Shown: one piece after another, positions 35,804 through 45,594 of the stretch
Position numbering within the stretch: position 1 is the first letter of the stretch
Layout: each line of letters starts with the position of its first letter
Made by a program: the position numbers and the translations under genes
The notes under the pieces: generated by a model
The model's database searches: none
The model's input: only the letters and a program-made list of their open reading frames with translations
Told to the model about the DNA's origin: nothing
Virus record (IMG/VR): IMGVR_UViG_3300037502_001252
Coordinates: 1 to 47,983 of that record
Source: a virus
Taxonomy: Duplodnaviria; Caudoviricetes
DNA length: 47,983 bases
Direction: 5' to 3' (one strand)

Positions 35804-37291
35804 ATGGATCTCGAAAAAATCATTGAGTCGCTAGACCCCGTAGATCAAGACGCTTTCTTGGAGGTGGCGCAGGAGTATTTGACCTCTCTGACACGGGAAG
35901 TAGCCCAAAATGACTTCATTAAGTTCGCCCATGAGATGTGGCCCGGGTTTATTGACGGTAGACACCACAAGATTATGGCGAAAAAGTTCGAAGAAATCGC
36001 CTCTGGGGAGTGTAAGAGACTGATTATCAATATGCCACCTAGACATACGAAGTCCGAGTTCGCTTCTTACCTCCTACCCGCTTGGTTTTTGGGGAAATTC
36101 CCTGATAAAAAGATCATCCAGACCTCAAATACTGCGGAATTAGCAGTCGGTTTTGGTCGAAAAGTGCGAAATCTGGTGGGGTCGGAACAGTATTCACGGA
36201 TCTTTCCCGATGTCACCCTAAGATCGGACTCCAAAGCCGCGGGGCGGTGGTCGACTAATGCCAATGGCGAGTATTTCGCTATCGGTGTAGGGGGTACGGT
36301 GACAGGTAAAGGTGCGGATCTCCTGATTATTGATGACCCCCACTCCGAACAAGAGGCGGCAATCGCGGCTACGAACCCCGAAGTCTACGATAAAGTCTTT
36401 GAATGGTACTCTTCGGGTCCTCGTCAGCGTCTCCAGCCTGGCGGTGCGATCGTAGTCATTATGACTCGGTGGTCTAAGCGAGACTTAGTGGGGAAAATCT
36501 TAAAAAGCTCCTTCGAGCGAGACGGAGATGAGTGGGAAATCATCGAATTTCCTGCGATTTTGCCTTCGGGAAATTCCCTCTGGCCCGAATTCTGGCCGAT
36601 TAAGGAATTACTGGCTCTCAAGACCGAACTTCCTGTCTCTAAGTGGAATGCCCAGTATATGCAGTCCCCCACTTCGGAAGAAGGGGCGATGGTCAAACGG
36701 GAATGGTGGAGGATTTGGGAGAAAGAGAACCCACCCCCCTGTGAATTTATCATTCAGTCTTGGGATACCGCCTTTACGAAGAATGAACGGTCAGACTACT
36801 CTGCGTGTACGACTTGGGGAGTCTTTTATTTGAACGAAAACCCAGATGACCCCCACATTATTCTTCTGGATGCTTTTAAAGATAGGATGGAATTCCCAGA
36901 ATTAAAGGCCAAGGCATTAGAAATGTATAAAGAGTGGGAACCTGATGCTTTCGTGGTTGAAGCCAAAGCCGCGGGAAGTCCTTTGATCTACGAATTAAGA
37001 CGCATGGGAATCCCTGTCTCAGAGTTTACTCCCACAAGGGGTAATGATAAGATAGCCCGTATGAATTCGGTGACAGACTTATTCTCGTCAGGGAAGGTCT
37101 GGGCGCCTGAGAGAAGATGGGCGGAAGAAGTCATGGAAGAGATGGCCGCCTTTCCCAATTCAGAACACGATGACTTGGTGGACTCCTCCACCCAAGCTTT
37201 AATTAGATACAGAAAGGGCGGGTTTGTTAGTTTACCAAGTGATGAACCAGATGAACCGCTCCAATTTAGACGCAAAGCCGCTTACTACTAG
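35804..37291 (+). CDS. terL: Terminase large subunit
   Basis: INMPPRHTKS, LLIIDDPH, IMTRW, QSWDTA, HDDLVDS. Confidence 0.95.
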   Translation: MDLEKIIESLDPVDQDAFLEVAQEYLTSLTREVAQNDFIKFAHEMWPGFIDGRHHKIMAKKFEEIASGECKRLIINMPPRHTKSEFASYLLPAWFLGKFPDKKIIQTSNTAELAVGFGRKVRNLVGSEQYSRIFPDVTLRSDSKAAGRWSTNANGEYFAIGVGGTVTGKGADLLIIDDPHSEQEAAIAATNPEVYDKVFEWYSSGPRQRLQPGGAIVVIMTRWSKRDLVGKILKSSFERDGDEWEIIEFPAILPSGNSLWPEFWPIKELLALKTELPVSKWNAQYMQSPTSEEGAMVKREWWRIWEKENPPPCEFIIQSWDTAFTKNERSDYSACTTWGVFYLNENPDDPHIILLDAFKDRMEFPELKAKALEMYKEWEPDAFVVEAKAAGSPLIYELRRMGIPVSEFTPTRGNDKIARMNSVTDLFSSGKVWAPERRWAEEVMEEMAAFPNSEHDDLVDSSTQALIRYRKGGFVSLPSDEPDEPLQFRRKAAYY

Positions 37292-37299
37292 GAACTACT

Positions 37300-39774
37300 A
37301 TGATTGAGAAAAGTCTATACCAAGCCCCCGTAGGACTCGATGCCATTGAGCCGATTGAAATTGAAATCGAGGATCCTAAATCCGTCTCCATTGAGATGGG
37401 CGGGATGGAAATCGAGATTGAACCCGCGCCCGAAACAGCCGATGATTTCGATGCCAACCTTGCGGAATATATGTCCGAAGGGGAGCTGACCGAACTCGCA
37501 GGGGATTTATTGGGCGATTTTGAAGATGACATCTCTGCCCGTAAAGACTGGATCCAGACCTATGTAGACGGACTAGAGCTTCTAGGAATGAAGATCGAAG
37601 AGAGAACTGAGCCATGGGAAGGAGCCTGTGGAGTCTATCACCCCCTCCTCTCCGAAGCTCTCGTGAAGTTCCAATCCGAGACCATTATGGAGACTTTCCC
37701 TGCCGCAGGTCCTGTGAAGACCGTGATTATTGGTAAGGAAACCCCAGAGAAAAAAGACGCTGCCCAGCGAGTTCAAGATGACATGAATTATCAGTTAACT
37801 GATGTAATGACCGAGTTCCGCCCAGAACACGAGCGCATGATCTGGGGTCTAGGTCTAGCGGGTAACGCCTTTAAGAAAGTCTACTTCGATCCAGGCTTAA
37901 ACCGCCAAGCGTCTATGTTTATTCCTGCCGAAGACATCGTAGTTCCTTACGGAGCTTCCAGTTTAGAGTCCGCGCCCAGAGTCACTCATGTGATGAGAAA
38001 GACCGAAAACGAAGTTAAGCGACTCCAATATGCAGGCTTTTACCGTGATGTAGACTTAGAGACTCCAAGCGGAGCATTAGACGAAGTCGAAAAGAAAATC
38101 GCTGAAAAGATGGGTTTTCGGGCGACCACGGATGACCGCTATAAACTGTTAGAGATGCACGTAGACCTAGACCTTCCAGGCTACGAAGATAAGGAAGACG
38201 GCAAAGAAACAGGGATTGCCCTCCCTTATGTTGTGACGATTGAAAAGGGTACGCAGACTATTCTGTCTATCCGTAGAAATTGGAGACCCGAAGATGAAAC
38301 CAAACAAAAACGGAATCATTTCGTCCATTATGGCTATGTTCCAGGCTTTGGCTTTTACTGCTTTGGCCTTATTCACCTCGTGGGTGCTTTTGCTAAGTCT
38401 GGCACTTCTCTTATCCGACAACTTGTCGATGCTGGTACATTATCGAATCTGCCAGGCGGTTTCAAAACCAGAGGTCTGCGAGTTAAGGGAGACGATACCC
38501 CAATCGCCCCTGGTGAGTTTAGAGACGTAGACGTTCCTTCGGGAGCCATTAAGGACAACTTAATGACGCTTCCCTACAAGGAACCCAGTCAGGTTCTTTA
38601 TTCCTTACTCGGTACGATTGTCGAAGAAGGTCGCAGATTCGCCTCCGCTGGAGATATGAAGATTGCGGATATGTCGGCTAACGCTCCCGTGGGCACGACT
38701 TTGGCGATCCTAGAGAGAACTCTAAAAGTCATGTCTGCGGTTCAGTCCCGTATTCATTACTCCATGAAGCAGGAGCTAAAACTCTTAAAAGACATCATCC
38801 GTGACTACACCCCAGAGGAGTATGACTATGAACCTGAAGAGGGTAGCCCTCGTGCGAAACAGTCGGACTACGACTTGGTTACCGTCATACCTGTTAGTGA
38901 TCCTAATGCGGCAACGATGGCGCAAAAGATCGTACAGTACCAAGCAGTTCTCCAACTGGCTCAGGGGGCGCCACAGATTTACAACCTCCCGCAATTACAT
39001 CGGCAGATGCTCGATGTCTTGGGGATCAGAAACCCGCAAAAACTCATCCCGCTTCAAGATGACCAAAAGCCGCGTGATCCGATTGCGGAGAACATGGATG
39101 CATTAATGGGCAAGCCGTTAAAAGCCTTTATCTACCAAGATCAAGACGCTCACATTACCGCCCATACGAACTTCCTACAGGATCCAACTACGGCAGCGAT
39201 TATTGGTCAAAACCCGATGGCAAACCAAATCACCGCGGCTCTCCAAGCCCATATTGCTGAACACTTTGGATTTAAGTATCGCCAACAGATTGAGCAACAA
39301 CTTGGCGCACCTCTACCCTATCTCAAGGATGAGGAAGACGCTATCCCAGAGGATTATGAAGTTCAGATTTCACGCCTCGTGGCTCAGGCTTCGACTCAGC
39401 TCCTTCAGCAGAATCAGGCTCAGGCGGCTCAAGCTCAAGCCCAACAGCAAATGCAAGACCCAATCATCCAGATGCAGATGCAAGAACTCCAGATTAAGCA
39501 ACAGGAAGTTCAACGCAAGATTCAGAAGGATCAAGCCGATATCGCGCTCCGACAGGAGCAGCTCGATATTGACCGTGAGCGGGTTGAAATCCAAGGCGAA
39601 CTCGAAGGCACTAAGCTAGGCGCCAAGATCGCTAAGGAAAAAGACGAAATGGATCGGAAAGAGCAGATCGAGGGAACCAAAATGGGCATTGAAATGGCCG
39701 CCAAAAAAGACCAGATCGATACCCAAAAAGCCCAAATTATTGCTCAATTAATTGGCAGGAAAGGTAAACAATGA
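37300..39774 (+). CDS. Portal protein (P22-like with long Q-rich C-terminal barrel)
   Basis: 824 aa directly after terL; GNAFKKVYFD, FGFY.FGLIH. Confidence 0.88.
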   Translation: MIEKSLYQAPVGLDAIEPIEIEIEDPKSVSIEMGGMEIEIEPAPETADDFDANLAEYMSEGELTELAGDLLGDFEDDISARKDWIQTYVDGLELLGMKIEERTEPWEGACGVYHPLLSEALVKFQSETIMETFPAAGPVKTVIIGKETPEKKDAAQRVQDDMNYQLTDVMTEFRPEHERMIWGLGLAGNAFKKVYFDPGLNRQASMFIPAEDIVVPYGASSLESAPRVTHVMRKTENEVKRLQYAGFYRDVDLETPSGALDEVEKKIAEKMGFRATTDDRYKLLEMHVDLDLPGYEDKEDGKETGIALPYVVTIEKGTQTILSIRRNWRPEDETKQKRNHFVHYGYVPGFGFYCFGLIHLVGAFAKSGTSLIRQLVDAGTLSNLPGGFKTRGLRVKGDDTPIAPGEFRDVDVPSGAIKDNLMTLPYKEPSQVLYSLLGTIVEEGRRFASAGDMKIADMSANAPVGTTLAILERTLKVMSAVQSRIHYSMKQELKLLKDIIRDYTPEEYDYEPEEGSPRAKQSDYDLVTVIPVSDPNAATMAQKIVQYQAVLQLAQGAPQIYNLPQLHRQMLDVLGIRNPQKLIPLQDDQKPRDPIAENMDALMGKPLKAFIYQDQDAHITAHTNFLQDPTTAAIIGQNPMANQITAALQAHIAEHFGFKYRQQIEQQLGAPLPYLKDEEDAIPEDYEVQISRLVAQASTQLLQQNQAQAAQAQAQQQMQDPIIQMQMQELQIKQQEVQRKIQKDQADIALRQEQLDIDRERVEIQGELEGTKLGAKIAKEKDEMDRKEQIEGTKMGIEMAAKKDQIDTQKAQIIAQLIGRKGKQ

Positions 39775-39956
39775 CCGAATTTGAAATCCTAGTAAAACAA
39801 TTAGACGATAAGGCTGAACAATTAAAGAGTGCTGTGGTGGTGGGGAATATGGACCACATCCAGTACCAAAGGGTTTGCGGTGAGATCCGAGGTCTGCTCA
39901 TTGCAAAGGGTTACATATTAGACCTCAAAGATAGATTGGAGAAATCTGATGAGTGA
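39771..39956 (+). CDS. Small conserved head-module protein
   Basis: YQRVCGEIRGL motif. Confidence 0.7.
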   Translation: MTEFEILVKQLDDKAEQLKSAVVVGNMDHIQYQRVCGEIRGLLIAKGYILDLKDRLEKSDE

Positions 39957-40359
39957 ATTACTAATCGGGACGAACCCCGATGATGTAAGTGAAGTAACTG
40001 TGTTGCCAGAATCCAGCGAGGACAAGGCAAAACAGCTCCCCAAGCCATCTGGATACCGCATTTTATGTGCGATTCCTGATGTTGAAAGGGAATATGAAAG
40101 CGGAATTGTAAAGGCAGACGAAACTGTCCGATACGATGAATTACTAACTACAGTCCTATTCGTTATCGATTTAGGCCCTGATTGTTATAAGGATTCAACC
40201 CGTTTTCCCAGCGGTCCGTGGTGTAAAAAAGGTGACTTTATCTTGGTTAGACCCAACGCTGGAACCCGTTTAGTCATACATGGTCGAGAATTTAGGATCA
40301 TCAATGATGATTCTGTCGAAGGCGTAGTAGACGATCCCCGTGGTATTAAACGTAAATAG
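39949..40359 (+). CDS. GroES-like co-chaperonin
   Basis: P.GYRIL, ESGIV mobile loop, LGPDCY, PWCKKGDFIL, RIINDDSVEGVV. Confidence 0.8.
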   Translation: MSELLIGTNPDDVSEVTVLPESSEDKAKQLPKPSGYRILCAIPDVEREYESGIVKADETVRYDELLTTVLFVIDLGPDCYKDSTRFPSGPWCKKGDFILVRPNAGTRLVIHGREFRIINDDSVEGVVDDPRGIKRK

Positions 40360-40367
40360 GAGAGATT

Positions 40368-41315
40368 ATGGAAAACTATAAATTTCCAGATGAAGTCGAA
40401 GAGAAAGTGGACGAAACCACTGACAAATCGGATGACATCGAAATTGAAGTGGAGGACGACACCCCACCTCAAGATAGAAACAGAACTCCTTCCGAGCCTG
40501 AGTTTGTAGAAAAGCTCGAAAAGGATGAATTAGCCCAGTATTCCAAAGAGGTTCGAGACAAAATCGATGCCTTTCGGAAGATTTATCACGATGAACGCAG
40601 ACGTGCAGACGCTGCCGATCGTGAGCGCCAAGAAGCTCTGGCTATAACCAAAAAGTTATACGAAGAGAATAAGGCTCTTAAAGGAAAGGTCACTTCCACC
40701 GAAGCCGTTGCTGTTGATTCGTTCAAAAACAGCGCCGAGCAGGAATTGGCTATGGCTAAAAAAGAGTATCGGGATGCTTATGAGTCTGGCGATGCTGAAA
40801 AATTAGTCGAAGCTCAAGAGAAAATGACCGCCGCCAAGATCAAATTGGATCGTGCATTTGACGCTACGGAAAACCTAAACCGTAGAAAAGCTTTACAAGA
40901 GCAAGAAAATGAAGTAAAAATACCTCAGCAGTCGGAACAACCCGTTGTTCGAGACCAAAAAGCCGCAGCTTGGCAGGAACGAAATCCTTGGTTTGGTCAG
41001 GACGATGAAATGACAAGTCTAGCTCTAGGGCTACACGAAAAGCTTGTTAAGGAAAATGGCATGGCGTATGCCACGACTGACGAGTATTACAAACGTATAG
41101 ACGAAACTATGCGTAAGAGGTTTCCTGAGAATTTTGAGGAGACCATCGAAGAAAAAGCCAAGGTTCGGACGAAACCGAGTACCGTAGTTGCCCCGGCAAA
41201 CCGTAGCACCTCTTCGAAAAAGGTAAAGCTAAACACTTCCCAGCTTGCGATAGCGAAGAAGTTAGGTTTGACACCAGAGCAGTACGCCCTTGAACTTTTA
41301 AAAATGGAGGCCTAA
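40368..41315 (+). CDS. Putative capsid scaffolding protein
   Basis: Acidic coiled coil; W.ERNPWFG; C-terminal AKKLGLTPEQYA; between portal and capsid genes. Confidence 0.75.
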   Translation: MENYKFPDEVEEKVDETTDKSDDIEIEVEDDTPPQDRNRTPSEPEFVEKLEKDELAQYSKEVRDKIDAFRKIYHDERRRADAADRERQEALAITKKLYEENKALKGKVTSTEAVAVDSFKNSAEQELAMAKKEYRDAYESGDAEKLVEAQEKMTAAKIKLDRAFDATENLNRRKALQEQENEVKIPQQSEQPVVRDQKAAAWQERNPWFGQDDEMTSLALGLHEKLVKENGMAYATTDEYYKRIDETMRKRFPENFEETIEEKAKVRTKPSTVVAPANRSTSSKKVKLNTSQLAIAKKLGLTPEQYALELLKMEA

Positions 41316-41316
41316 C

Positions 41317-41766
41317 ATGGCTGAAAAGAGAATTAACCGTGATGCCGATACACGCGCAACAAGCGAGCGTCCTATGCAGTGGGCGCCAGCAGAATTGCTA
41401 CCTGAGCCAGTAAAACAGCCTGGGTATGCGTATCGTTGGATTCGTACTTCAACCTTGGGTACTATGGATCCTCGCAATCTCTCAGCAAAAATGAGAGAAG
41501 GTTGGGAGCCAGTCCGAGTTGAGGAACAACCAGAAATGCAACTGCTAATCGATCCAAATAGTCGCTTTAAGGACAATATTGAGATCGGTGGGTTATTGCT
41601 TTGCAAGACTCCAGAAGAACTCGTTGACCAGCGTAATGCACATTATGTGAAGCAAAGTGAGTCTCAGACGGAAGCTGTGGACAATAACTTTATGCGCCAA
41701 AGTGACGCAAGGATGCCACTCTTTAAAGAGCGGAAATCTTCGACTAGCTTTGGAAAAGGTAACTAA
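41317..41766 (+). CDS. Conserved head-module protein
   Basis: YRWIR..REGWEPV..GGLLLCK pattern. Confidence 0.7.
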   Translation: MAEKRINRDADTRATSERPMQWAPAELLPEPVKQPGYAYRWIRTSTLGTMDPRNLSAKMREGWEPVRVEEQPEMQLLIDPNSRFKDNIEIGGLLLCKTPEELVDQRNAHYVKQSESQTEAVDNNFMRQSDARMPLFKERKSSTSFGKGN

Positions 41767-41785
41767 ACTTAATTAGGAGTTCTAA

Positions 41786-42400
41786 ATGGCTTATCCTACC
41801 GTAGACGGACCTTATGGGTTCAGACCGATCAACTTGATCGGTGGTCAGGTATTTGCTGGTGCAACTCGTCAAATTCCCATCGCTTCAGGTTCTGGCACTT
41901 CCATTTTTTATGGTGATGTCGTGCGCCTGAATACTGGTGGTACTTTGAGCCGTGTTTCTACCACTGATTCTGCGACCGATGCTGTTGGTATTTTCTTGGG
42001 CTGTGCTTTCACAAACCCAACTACCAAACAGTTCCTTCAACAGCAATACTATCCTGCTGGCACTGTTGCCTCGGATATCGTTGCTTATGTTTGTGACGAT
42101 CCTGACACTCTCTTTAAAGTGGCAGTTCTTTCGTCTAGCACCGCTATTGGTGGCTTGACCCAGACTGATGTAGGCAACAACGTTGCTATTTACACCACCG
42201 CTGGCTCGACCACTTCTGGCGATTCAAACGAAGGTGTACGTAACAGCACCAGCGATTCAACAACTACTCTTCCATTCCGTATTATTGCGGGTGTGCCAGA
42301 GACTGTTAATGCGTCTGGATCTTTCACTGAGGTAATCGTCAAGTTTAACTTTGGCGTACATACCTATTACAGTGCAACCCCTGTAGCAACCGCAGCATAA
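41786..42400 (+). CDS. Putative capsid decoration/cement protein
   Basis: PYGFRP, IFYGDVV, DDPD motifs; directly before MCP; strong RBS. Confidence 0.65.
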   Translation: MAYPTVDGPYGFRPINLIGGQVFAGATRQIPIASGSGTSIFYGDVVRLNTGGTLSRVSTTDSATDAVGIFLGCAFTNPTTKQFLQQQYYPAGTVASDIVAYVCDDPDTLFKVAVLSSSTAIGGLTQTDVGNNVAIYTTAGSTTSGDSNEGVRNSTSDSTTTLPFRIIAGVPETVNASGSFTEVIVKFNFGVHTYYSATPVATAA

Positions 42401-42411
42401 GGAGCATATAA

Positions 42412-43326
42412 ATGGCTATTTCACGCGCACAACTACTGAAAGAGCTGCTCCCAGGCTTGAACGCTTTGTTCGGTCTTGAGTATGCTCGCTATGGTGAAGA
42501 ACACAAAGAGATCTATGAAACTGAGACCTCTGAGCGTTCCTTCGAAGAAGAAACCAAACTGTCTGGCTTCTCAGCTGCACCAGTCAAAAACGAAGGCTCT
42601 GCCATCGCTTATGACAATGCACAAGAAGCATTCACAGCACGTTATAACCATGAGACCATCGCTCTCGGCTTCTCCCTAACGGAAGAGGCAATCGAGGACA
42701 ACTTGTATGACAGCTTATCCGCTCGTTATACCAAGGCTTTGGCTCGTGCTATGGCTTACACCAAACAGGTTAAAGCTGCTGCTGTGTTGAACAACGGTTT
42801 CACCAACTCTGCCGCTTATTACGGTGGTGACGGTGTACCTTTGTTTGCGACTAACCATCCCTTGGTTTCTGGTGGCACTAACAGCAACACTCAGTCTACC
42901 GCTGCTGATTTGAACGAGACTTCCTTGGAAGCCGCCGTTATTCAAATCGCTGCTTGGACAGACGAGCGTGGTCTGTTGATCGCTGCCCGTCCTAAGAAAT
43001 TGATCGTTCCTCCATCACTCCAGTTCGTGGCTACTCGTTTGCTCGAGACACAACTTCGTGTTGGTACGACCGACAACGATATCAACGCTTTGGTAAACAA
43101 TGGTTCGATTCCAGAAGGTTATGCAATTAACCACTTCTTGACCGATCCTAATGCTTACTTCCTCACCACCGATGTTCCAAACGGTATGAAGCACTTTATT
43201 CGTACCCCATTGGCACAATCGATGGATGGCGATTTCGATACTGGTAACGTACGTTACAAGGCTCGTGAGCGTTATTCGTTTGGCTGGTCTGATCCCCTCG
43301 GTATGTGGGGTTCACAAGGCGCTTAA
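42412..43326 (+). CDS. Major capsid protein
   Basis: MAISRAQLLKELLPGLNALFGLEY; PKKLIVPP.L; RYKARERYSFGWSD; followed by terminator. Confidence 0.9.
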   Translation: MAISRAQLLKELLPGLNALFGLEYARYGEEHKEIYETETSERSFEEETKLSGFSAAPVKNEGSAIAYDNAQEAFTARYNHETIALGFSLTEEAIEDNLYDSLSARYTKALARAMAYTKQVKAAAVLNNGFTNSAAYYGGDGVPLFATNHPLVSGGTNSNTQSTAADLNETSLEAAVIQIAAWTDERGLLIAARPKKLIVPPSLQFVATRLLETQLRVGTTDNDINALVNNGSIPEGYAINHFLTDPNAYFLTTDVPNGMKHFIRTPLAQSMDGDFDTGNVRYKARERYSFGWSDPLGMWGSQGA

Positions 43327-43334
43327 TGTGTCTA

Positions 43335-43363
43335 AAAAAGGGGAGCCAAAAACTCCCCTTTTT
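43335..43363 (+). terminator. Rho-independent (possibly bidirectional) terminator after MCP
   Basis: AAAAAGGGGAG/CTCCCCTTTTT. Confidence 0.85.
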
Positions 43364-43392
43364 GTTTTATTTGTAGTAAGATTCTTTTTAAG

Positions 43393-43460
43393 TCTAGGAC
43401 TAATTTGTCCATATCAGCCCGCCTAGGGGACGATGCACCGATGATATGGTTTATGTGCAT
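43393..43460 (+). ncRNA. Candidate pseudoknotted leader RNA
   Basis: Three interlocking pairings ending 2 nt before the AAGGAG RBS. Confidence 0.55.
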
Positions 43461-43474
43461 ATAAGGAGAACCTC

Positions 43475-43963
43475 ATGGGTTTCGCTACACACCTAGGTCC
43501 TTGGTTATTAGGGACTGTTAAAAACACCACTGGCACTACTGTTGGTACTATCCGCAATACTGGCTGCACCGTTGTTGCCCAATCTGGCACTACTGGAGTT
43601 GCAGACACGACTGCTAAAAATCTATTTGTTATACCAGCTGGATCACAAATTCTTAATGTAACCGTAGATATTACGACTGCTTATGCTGGTACTACTGGAA
43701 ACACCATCACTATCCGTGCTGGATCTACCATTTTGGGTACTGTTGGTGGCGCTACTACTACACCATTGTCAGTAGGACGTGCAACCTTCACCATTACTGG
43801 CGCAAATATTGGCACTTTTGTAAACGTAGGTACTTCTGATGTAATCATCACTGCTACTTATGCTTGTGCTGGTGTTGCTTCTGGTGGTGCAGCTACTGTG
43901 ACTTGCGATTATGTTGTTCGCAATTCTGATGGCGGTCAGTTCCAAACAACATTTAATAACTAA
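43475..43963 (+). CDS. Thr/Gly-rich putative virion protein
   Basis: IPAGSQI..V.VD..TAY beta-sandwich pattern; AAGGAG RBS. Confidence 0.7.
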   Translation: MGFATHLGPWLLGTVKNTTGTTVGTIRNTGCTVVAQSGTTGVADTTAKNLFVIPAGSQILNVTVDITTAYAGTTGNTITIRAGSTILGTVGGATTTPLSVGRATFTITGANIGTFVNVGTSDVIITATYACAGVASGGAATVTCDYVVRNSDGGQFQTTFNN

Positions 43964-44014
43964 TCTCATGGGCTAGGGTTTTCCCTAGTCCATCTTAACT
44001 TTTGGAGATTAATT

Positions 44015-44500
44015 ATGACGATGCAATCGGATGTAAGCTCAGAGCATATGACCACCACTGGGGTGGCTGTTAGCTACAGAACTCGTCTAAAGGGTGCTGT
44101 AATTTCAGCTAATACGACCGCAGCCACACGGAATGTGATATTTGCAAACAACTCTACTTTAACTGGAACGTATAACATTCCAGGGTCAACCACTTGTACC
44201 GTAACCATTACCAATCATGGTTTGGCTACTGGCGACCGTGTTTATTTAGACTTTACGACTGGCACTGCTACTGACAATATTTATGCTGTAACTGTTACTG
44301 GAGATAATACTTTTACCGTAACTACAGCATCTTTAACGACCAGCGGTAATGTGACAATGTACAAAAAGATTTTGATGGAAGCGGATGCTTATAACCCAAC
44401 AGCGTTTTCTATAAACGTTCCAGGTCAGGGCATTCTTGCAACGGATGGTATTTATGTAGCATTACCAGCCAACGTAACCGCAACCGTATTCTTTGGATAA
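44015..44500 (+). CDS. Thr-rich putative virion protein with inserted beta module
   Basis: VPGQGILATDGIYV C-terminus; HGL..GD.V insert. Confidence 0.7.
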   Translation: MTMQSDVSSEHMTTTGVAVSYRTRLKGAVISANTTAATRNVIFANNSTLTGTYNIPGSTTCTVTITNHGLATGDRVYLDFTTGTATDNIYAVTVTGDNTFTVTTASLTTSGNVTMYKKILMEADAYNPTAFSINVPGQGILATDGIYVALPANVTATVFFG

Positions 44501-44503
44501 AAA

Positions 44504-45274
44504 ATGTCAGAACCACTACAAGCACAGGGTTCGTTTAATCTAGCTGGCAGGAGGATCATGCTTGGTCTTCCTGCTTATGACTTTAAAGTCTCTATCAAAT
44601 TAGCTATTTCACTGGCTCAGTTTTGCGTAGAAGCTCCTAAGCACGGAGTCGAGATTCAGATCTGCAATATTTCTGGATGCTCGGTTGTTTCCCGTGTGCG
44701 CAATCTAATTGCTAAAGACTTCTTGGCCTCAGAATGCACGGATCTAATGTTTATTGACTCGGATATTAACTTTAATCCGCAAGACATTTTCCGCTTGATG
44801 GCTTGGAATATGGACCCCAAGAAAGGGATTGTAGGTGGTGTGCCTGTTGCCCGTAAGAAAGGTCAGGTCTATATCTCTACCTTAGATCAAGATGAAGAAG
44901 GCGGTATCTATATGAACGCCTACGGTCTAGTTAAGGCTAAACGCCTAGCAACCGCATTTATGTTGATCCGTAGAGAAGTATTTGAAACTCTCAGAGATAA
45001 TCATCCTGAGTGGAAATACCACGATGACCGAGTTGTAGACGGACATCCAGACAAATTCTGTTATTCGTTCTTTGACTTCAAATCCACCCCAGAAGGCTAT
45101 GTAGGGGAAGACTATACATTCTGCGACCGTGCTAGAGAGCATGGCTACGAAGTATGGATTGACCCCACGATTAAGCTCAATCACATGGGTATTACCGAGT
45201 TTGAAGGATCTTTTGGAGAAGAATATCTGTACCCATTATTACGTCCAGTAGACGCTAATAAAGGAGCTGCATAA
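44504..45274 (+). CDS. GT-A fold (GT2-like) glycosyltransferase
   Basis: RN.I...FL...LMFIDSDI (DxD), FMLIRREVFE, GEDYTFC.RA...G..VWIDP...H.G. Confidence 0.8.
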   Translation: MSEPLQAQGSFNLAGRRIMLGLPAYDFKVSIKLAISLAQFCVEAPKHGVEIQICNISGCSVVSRVRNLIAKDFLASECTDLMFIDSDINFNPQDIFRLMAWNMDPKKGIVGGVPVARKKGQVYISTLDQDEEGGIYMNAYGLVKAKRLATAFMLIRREVFETLRDNHPEWKYHDDRVVDGHPDKFCYSFFDFKSTPEGYVGEDYTFCDRAREHGYEVWIDPTIKLNHMGITEFEGSFGEEYLYPLLRPVDANKGAA

Positions 45275-45594
45275 TGGCTAAGACTCCCGCATGGCAACGC
45301 AAAGAAGGAAAGAATCCTAGTGGCGGTCTAAACGCAAAAGGTCGTGCTTCCTATAATGCAGCCAATCCTGGGAAGCCTGGACTCAAGCGTCCACAGCCAG
45401 AAGGTGGCTCAAGACGAGATTCCTTCTGCGCCCGCATGAAGGGCATGAAGAAAAAACTTACCAGCGCCAAAACAGCCAACGATCCAAACTCACGGATTAA
45501 TAAGTCCTTACGGGCTTGGAACTGTAAAGAAGGCGGTTCTGTTCGTGGTGGAGGGTGTGAGATACGTGGAAAGACTAAAGGAAGGATAGTGTAA
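45274..45594 (+). CDS. Small basic protein with GG tag and RGKTKGRIV tail
   Basis: AWQRKEGK..GGLN.KGR; RRDSFCARM; SLRAWNC. Confidence 0.8.
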   Translation: MAKTPAWQRKEGKNPSGGLNAKGRASYNAANPGKPGLKRPQPEGGSRRDSFCARMKGMKKKLTSAKTANDPNSRINKSLRAWNCKEGGSVRGGGCEIRGKTKGRIV

